From assembly GCF_050320075.1 (NCBI RefSeq), contig NZ_CP190018.1: DNA of 64,000 bases; one strand, given 5' to 3'. The position numbers were made by a program, and so were the translations under genes. Every line of letters starts with the position of its first letter. Positions within the stretch are counted from its first letter, which is position 1. A model generated the notes under the pieces. The model had not been told where the DNA came from and made no database searches. It was given only the letters and a program-made list of their open reading frames with translations. This document shows positions 59,978-64,000 of this stretch, in pieces. Source of the stretch: Escherichia coli. Lineage in GTDB: Bacteria > Pseudomonadota > Gammaproteobacteria > Enterobacterales > Enterobacteriaceae.

Positions 59978-60250
59978 TTATCTGGTTTGTTTTCGTAATT
60001 GTTCGGCACAATAGTCGAGATGTGTTTGCAGATCCCGCATAGACATCTGTGAGCTGGTGACGTAGTTAATCAGTGCAGTCAGTTCGGCAAGTGGGCCATC
60101 GACATTAAATCCATCCTTATCGAGATCCCGGAGTAATTTCATCAAGTGCGATCCCTCCACCAGTGACCTGACGCCTCCCGGCGTGTGAATCCTTTCGGTA
60201 AATCCGTCTTCCAGTGGATAGTGATACTGCTGCATCTTAATCTTCTCCAT
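59978..60250 (-). CDS. small protein similar to the C-terminal region of the adjacent antirepressor
   Basis: 90-aa ORF; LMKLLRDLDKDGFNVDGPLAELTALINYV...RDLQTHLDY parallels LMNLLNQLQDDGHDVSGAAAELTTMFCYI...RDIQTHAEY in the Bro protein. Confidence 0.45.
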   Translation of the reverse strand: MEKIKMQQYHYPLEDGFTERIHTPGGVRSLVEGSHLMKLLRDLDKDGFNVDGPLAELTALINYVTSSQMSMRDLQTHLDYCAEQLRKQTR

Positions 60251-60431
60251 GCAATAACTGTATATTTATACAGTATCAAATAATTTGTTTGCTATCCAGC
60301 ACGTTTTGCAAATTACCTGAAAGGTAATATCTATTCATATTCACAGTCTTTCTATCCATATATGGTTTTTTGGGTAATAGAATAACCAGATATGCGGCGC
60401 AACGGGTGCTGCGACTATCTGGAGATTTAAC

Positions 60432-63275
60432 ATGACGGTCTCAACCGAAGTTGACCACAACGAATACACAGGTAACGGCGTTACGACATCGTTTCCGTAT
60501 ACTTTTCGAATTTTCAGAAAATCAGACCTGGTTGTTCAGGTGTCTGACCTGAACGGGAACGTAACAGAATTGGTTCTGGATACCGGTTATACGGTAACTG
60601 GGGCGGGCACTTATAGTGGCGGTTCAGTGGTTCTGCCGTCTCCGCTTGCTGCTGGCTGGCGAATTACGATAGATCGTGTGCTTGATGTAGTGCAGGAGAC
60701 AGACCTCCGCAATCAGGGAAAGTTTTTCCCCGAAGTGCATGAAGATGCCTTTGACTACCTGACGATGCTGATCCAGCAATGTTTTGGGTGGTTCAGACGT
60801 GCATTGATGAAGCCCTCTCTGCTTGCAAAATATTACGATGCAAAGCAAAACAGAATTTCTAACCTTGCAGATCCATCACTTGAGCAGGACGCTGTAAATA
60901 ATCGCTCAATGCGTAATTATGTCGATGCTGCAATCGCCGGAGTTGTTGGTGGTTTTGGTTGGTTTATTCAGTATGGTTCTGGGGCAGTATATCGCACCTT
61001 CCAGGACAAGATGCGAGATGAAATAAATGTTCATGATTATGGTGCTATAGGTGATGGAAATTATCACCCGCTTTCTGAACGTTATTCATCGTTGGCTGCT
61101 GCGCAGCAACAATATCCATTTGCTACTTCCCTTGGTCAGTCTATTGACTGGGCTGCAATACAGGCAGCGATCAATGCCTCACAAGGCAGAAAGGTAAAAT
61201 TATTAGCAAAAACATACATTTCTACTGATGGATTCACTGGCGTTGATGGTCTTTGTTTAATTGGTGAAGGTGCTACCCCTTTTTACCTTAACTTTCAGGA
61301 CATTCCATACACCAACAATGGTGGTACTGACATTCTTTTCTATGGTACAGGCCAAAAGAACAGAAGCATTTATGGTATTTCGGATATGCAGCCATCCGGT
61401 GGTGTGAGGACAGATCCTGATTTAGGCGTGACTCATGCATTAACCAATATGACGAATGGAGACGCCAGCACTTCGGCGGCTGCAACCCCTCGAGCAGTAA
61501 GCGCTGGCTTATACCTTGAGCATTGCAAAGGCTGGCAAATTGAGGGAATCCGATTTGCTCCATATTTTAACGGGGTCGAATCATATACAGACCAGACTAA
61601 CTTAGGGCTGGCTGATGAATGGGATATCGGAATTCTCATCAATAGTTCTTATGATGGTGTAATGCGCGATGTTCGCGCGGTTGGGCACTGGCGAGTTGCT
61701 GGCCTGGCTGTGTTTGCAGGCGAAAATCCTTTCAACACAGGCGCGTCATCTTCATGTGAACGAAACAGATTTTTTTCCTGTCAGTTTAATGGAAAGTCTG
61801 GCGTTCTTATTCGCGGCGGGGATGCCTACCGGTGTACAGCAGTAACAGCTGACACTGTCGAAATTCCATGGCACGATTCAAACCCGTTCCGGCATACCGG
61901 TGGGGTATTTCTTGGGGCCTTTGGTGGCGCAACCTCTGCAAGCTATACCTATACCAGCGCAACGGTTACCGGTGATAAGCTGACGCTCCACGGAGTAAGC
62001 CCTAACCCTTTATCGAATGGTATGACAACATCTTCAGGGGTGTATACCGGTAGAAGTTATGGGTTCCAGGGTACGCAATTCTTTGGTTGTTACTTTGGCG
62101 GCCTTGAGCATCAGACTAACCGAGTGGCTACAGACCCGGCGCTTACCTCACCATTCCCTACGTCGTCAAAACCTGTCGAAATTTCAGGTGTTCCGGCAGG
62201 AAATATCAGGTTCTATGGTTGTACGCACATGACCCGGGAAGACTGTGTGTGGATGATCCATAACGCCTCAAATATCTACGACTTCGGAGGCTATTTTGAG
62301 GCCAAGCGAGCGATCACTGCTACTGGCGGCGGCTCGCGCATGGTAGCCATCGGTAATTGGCCTGATTACACCCCGACTGCAGAATCACCATATCCGTTTG
62401 GTACGGTCAGTAACATAAATATGTTCGGTTCGCAGGCTCTTAATTTCGTTGATATGTACCCTGTAGTTGCCCGTTCTACAGGTGTAACGCGCTTTACCTC
62501 CGGGATGTGGGATTGTAAGACCCTCTATAGCTCCGAGGCATTTCAGGATCTTGCTGACACCAACAACTATGTAATAAAGGGTTTACGAAACGAAAGCATA
62601 AGGTTCGAGGACGGAGCCGGCGGCCATCTTATGACCATGCAGAATATTGGCAATCTCCTGCTTGGTAAGCGCGCCAGATTTAACACCTCAACAGAGGATC
62701 GTTATCAGTTCTATCGACTCGATGGAACAACCATTTTCTTATCCCTCGATGGCACGATGTCCACGCCAGTAATGACTCTGGATGGAAACTTTGTCCCTGC
62801 AGTTGCCAATACAAGGTTGGTCGGAACTGCGGCCAAGCCCTTCTCGGGAGGTAATACCCAGACAGCTTATAACATCACTTCTGACCGGAACTACAAAACT
62901 GACTTTGGTGAAATTCCTGACGCCGTTCTGGATGCATGGGAATTGGTGCAGTATTCACAATATAAACTCAGGGATGCAGTTGCGTTGAAGGGGGAAGGCG
63001 CCAGATTACATGTCGGTGTTGTTGCACAGCAGGTGAAAGAGGCATTTGAATCAGTAGGGGTCGATCCTTTTGCATATGGCGTACTGTGCTACGACGAATG
63101 GTCTGGTCAGGAAGAAGTTATTGAGGACGGTGTCATTACGCAGCAAAAAGTGGAAGCAGGGAAGCGTTACAGTGTGCGCTACGAAGAGGCATATGCAATA
63201 GAGTCCGCCTTGCTTCGGAGAACTCATACCAGATTGGAGCAGCGCTTATCTTCTCTTGAAGAAAAATCAAAATAG
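60432..63275 (+). CDS. tailspike/tail fibre protein with C-terminal S74 intramolecular chaperone domain
   Basis: 947-aa ORF; conserved podovirus N-terminal region; C-terminal ...NITSDRNYKTDF... autoproteolysis motif (Ser/Lys dyad) typical of Peptidase_S74 chaperone domains. Confidence 0.8.
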   Translation: MTVSTEVDHNEYTGNGVTTSFPYTFRIFRKSDLVVQVSDLNGNVTELVLDTGYTVTGAGTYSGGSVVLPSPLAAGWRITIDRVLDVVQETDLRNQGKFFPEVHEDAFDYLTMLIQQCFGWFRRALMKPSLLAKYYDAKQNRISNLADPSLEQDAVNNRSMRNYVDAAIAGVVGGFGWFIQYGSGAVYRTFQDKMRDEINVHDYGAIGDGNYHPLSERYSSLAAAQQQYPFATSLGQSIDWAAIQAAINASQGRKVKLLAKTYISTDGFTGVDGLCLIGEGATPFYLNFQDIPYTNNGGTDILFYGTGQKNRSIYGISDMQPSGGVRTDPDLGVTHALTNMTNGDASTSAAATPRAVSAGLYLEHCKGWQIEGIRFAPYFNGVESYTDQTNLGLADEWDIGILINSSYDGVMRDVRAVGHWRVAGLAVFAGENPFNTGASSSCERNRFFSCQFNGKSGVLIRGGDAYRCTAVTADTVEIPWHDSNPFRHTGGVFLGAFGGATSASYTYTSATVTGDKLTLHGVSPNPLSNGMTTSSGVYTGRSYGFQGTQFFGCYFGGLEHQTNRVATDPALTSPFPTSSKPVEISGVPAGNIRFYGCTHMTREDCVWMIHNASNIYDFGGYFEAKRAITATGGGSRMVAIGNWPDYTPTAESPYPFGTVSNINMFGSQALNFVDMYPVVARSTGVTRFTSGMWDCKTLYSSEAFQDLADTNNYVIKGLRNESIRFEDGAGGHLMTMQNIGNLLLGKRARFNTSTEDRYQFYRLDGTTIFLSLDGTMSTPVMTLDGNFVPAVANTRLVGTAAKPFSGGNTQTAYNITSDRNYKTDFGEIPDAVLDAWELVQYSQYKLRDAVALKGEGARLHVGVVAQQVKEAFESVGVDPFAYGVLCYDEWSGQEEVIEDGVITQQKVEAGKRYSVRYEEAYAIESALLRRTHTRLEQRLSSLEEKSK

Positions 63276-63366
63276 GGGATGGTAATAATTATCCGTATAT
63301 GGTTTATTGTGTATGATGAACTCACCAACTAAGGGGGTTCTTTATGCACAATAAACGGTGGTCATC

Positions 63367-63771
63367 ATGTCGCACTCGTTAACTACGGAGTCGCTAAATC
63401 AGGGGCTTAGCCTGAGCGCGCTGGTTTCCGTATTGGCAGGTGTGCCGCCAGAAGTGGCTTTAGGGGCGCTGGCCGGTGCGGTAATTTTTGTTACCTCTGC
63501 GGTCGAGTACCCCATAAAGCGGCGTTTACTTCTGGCGTTCCTCAGCTTCTTCTGCGGCCTTCTTTTTTATAAACCAGCAGCATCAATTCTTATCGGCATC
63601 GCCAGCCTGATCCCTACTATCACGCAGGACTCTTTTGAAAAAGGGATTGTTTTCTCTGCTGGCGCATTCGTGTCAGCAATTGTTGCTGTGCGTATTGGTA
63701 TATGGCTCTACCACCGTTCCGATAATCCACGCGAGTTAATTCCGGGGAGAAAAGACGATGGTAACGCATGA
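63367..63771 (+). CDS. small membrane protein (possible holin or other moron)
   Basis: ORF 63358-63771; ATG 63367; three or four hydrophobic helices and a charged C-terminus. Confidence 0.45.
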   Translation: MSHSLTTESLNQGLSLSALVSVLAGVPPEVALGALAGAVIFVTSAVEYPIKRRLLLAFLSFFCGLLFYKPAASILIGIASLIPTITQDSFEKGIVFSAGAFVSAIVAVRIGIWLYHRSDNPRELIPGRKDDGNA

Positions 63772-64000
63772 GTTTTTTTTGCTTATCACCAATGCAGTTA
63801 TTTGTACTGGCATAGCAATTCGCGTTGTCACATTCCGGCGTAACGGATCTCAATATCGAAGATTGGGGGGATGGCTTGCTTATTTCCTGATTGTCGCTGC
63901 GGCAAGTATTCCTGTTCGTGTCGTCTATGCAATCTGGTTACGCACGCCAATGGCTGTGGATTTATCCGAGGTCATTATCAATGCTGTCATGCTTGCTGCG
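63768..64000 (+). CDS. membrane protein, N-terminal fragment (continues beyond window)
   Basis: Manual translation MSFFLLITNAVICTGIAIRVVTFRRNGSQYRRLGGWLAYFLIVAA...; ATG overlaps the upstream stop. Confidence 0.35.

Larger units (their letters stand above)
26185..64000. mobile_element. integrated prophage (left end next to guaA; right end beyond the window); mosaic temperate podovirus-like element
   Basis: Continuous block of integrase, repressor/cro switch, O/P-like replication, terminase, portal, capsid, T7-like tail tube and internal virion proteins and tailspike, starting right after the guaA terminator. Confidence 0.85.

Overview
The window has two parts. (1) 1-26.2 kb is a conserved Escherichia/Shigella-type chromosomal backbone, recognised from the translated ORFs: hscA (3' end), fdx, iscX, pepB, sseB, sseA, yfhM, pbpC, ndk, rlmN, rodZ, ispG, hisS, yfgM, bamB, der, yfgJ, xseA, guaB, guaA. 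(2) From about 26.2 kb to the window end (right end not reached) is a prophage inserted directly downstream of guaA. It is mosaic: a P4-type tyrosine integrase; a leftward early operon with an MT-A70-like adenine methyltransferase, AlpA-like regulator, RecT and a PD-(D/E)XK exonuclease; a divergent repressor/Cro-like switch; lambda O/P-like replication genes with iterons inside the O-like gene; accessory genes; terminase small and large subunits; a phage tRNA-Arg(UCU); portal, scaffold and capsid; T7-like tail tube proteins; internal virion proteins including one with a lytic transglycosylase domain; a moron block with a Bro-N antirepressor; and a tailspike with a C-terminal S74 chaperone domain. 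The most interesting signals are non-coding. A palindrome TTACC-N5-GGTAA, often followed by ATATGGTT, occurs about 14 times, only in prophage intergenic regions, including three clustered copies in the repressor/cro interval. A perfect 12-bp palindrome GTGACATGTCAC occurs three times at module boundaries. The repressor candidate has tandem HTH domains and no recognisable autopeptidase domain, which together with the Bro-N antirepressor suggests antirepressor-driven induction. All calls rest on reading the sequence and ORF translations from memory of protein families; no database search was run, and coordinates of short motifs may be off by 1-2 bp.
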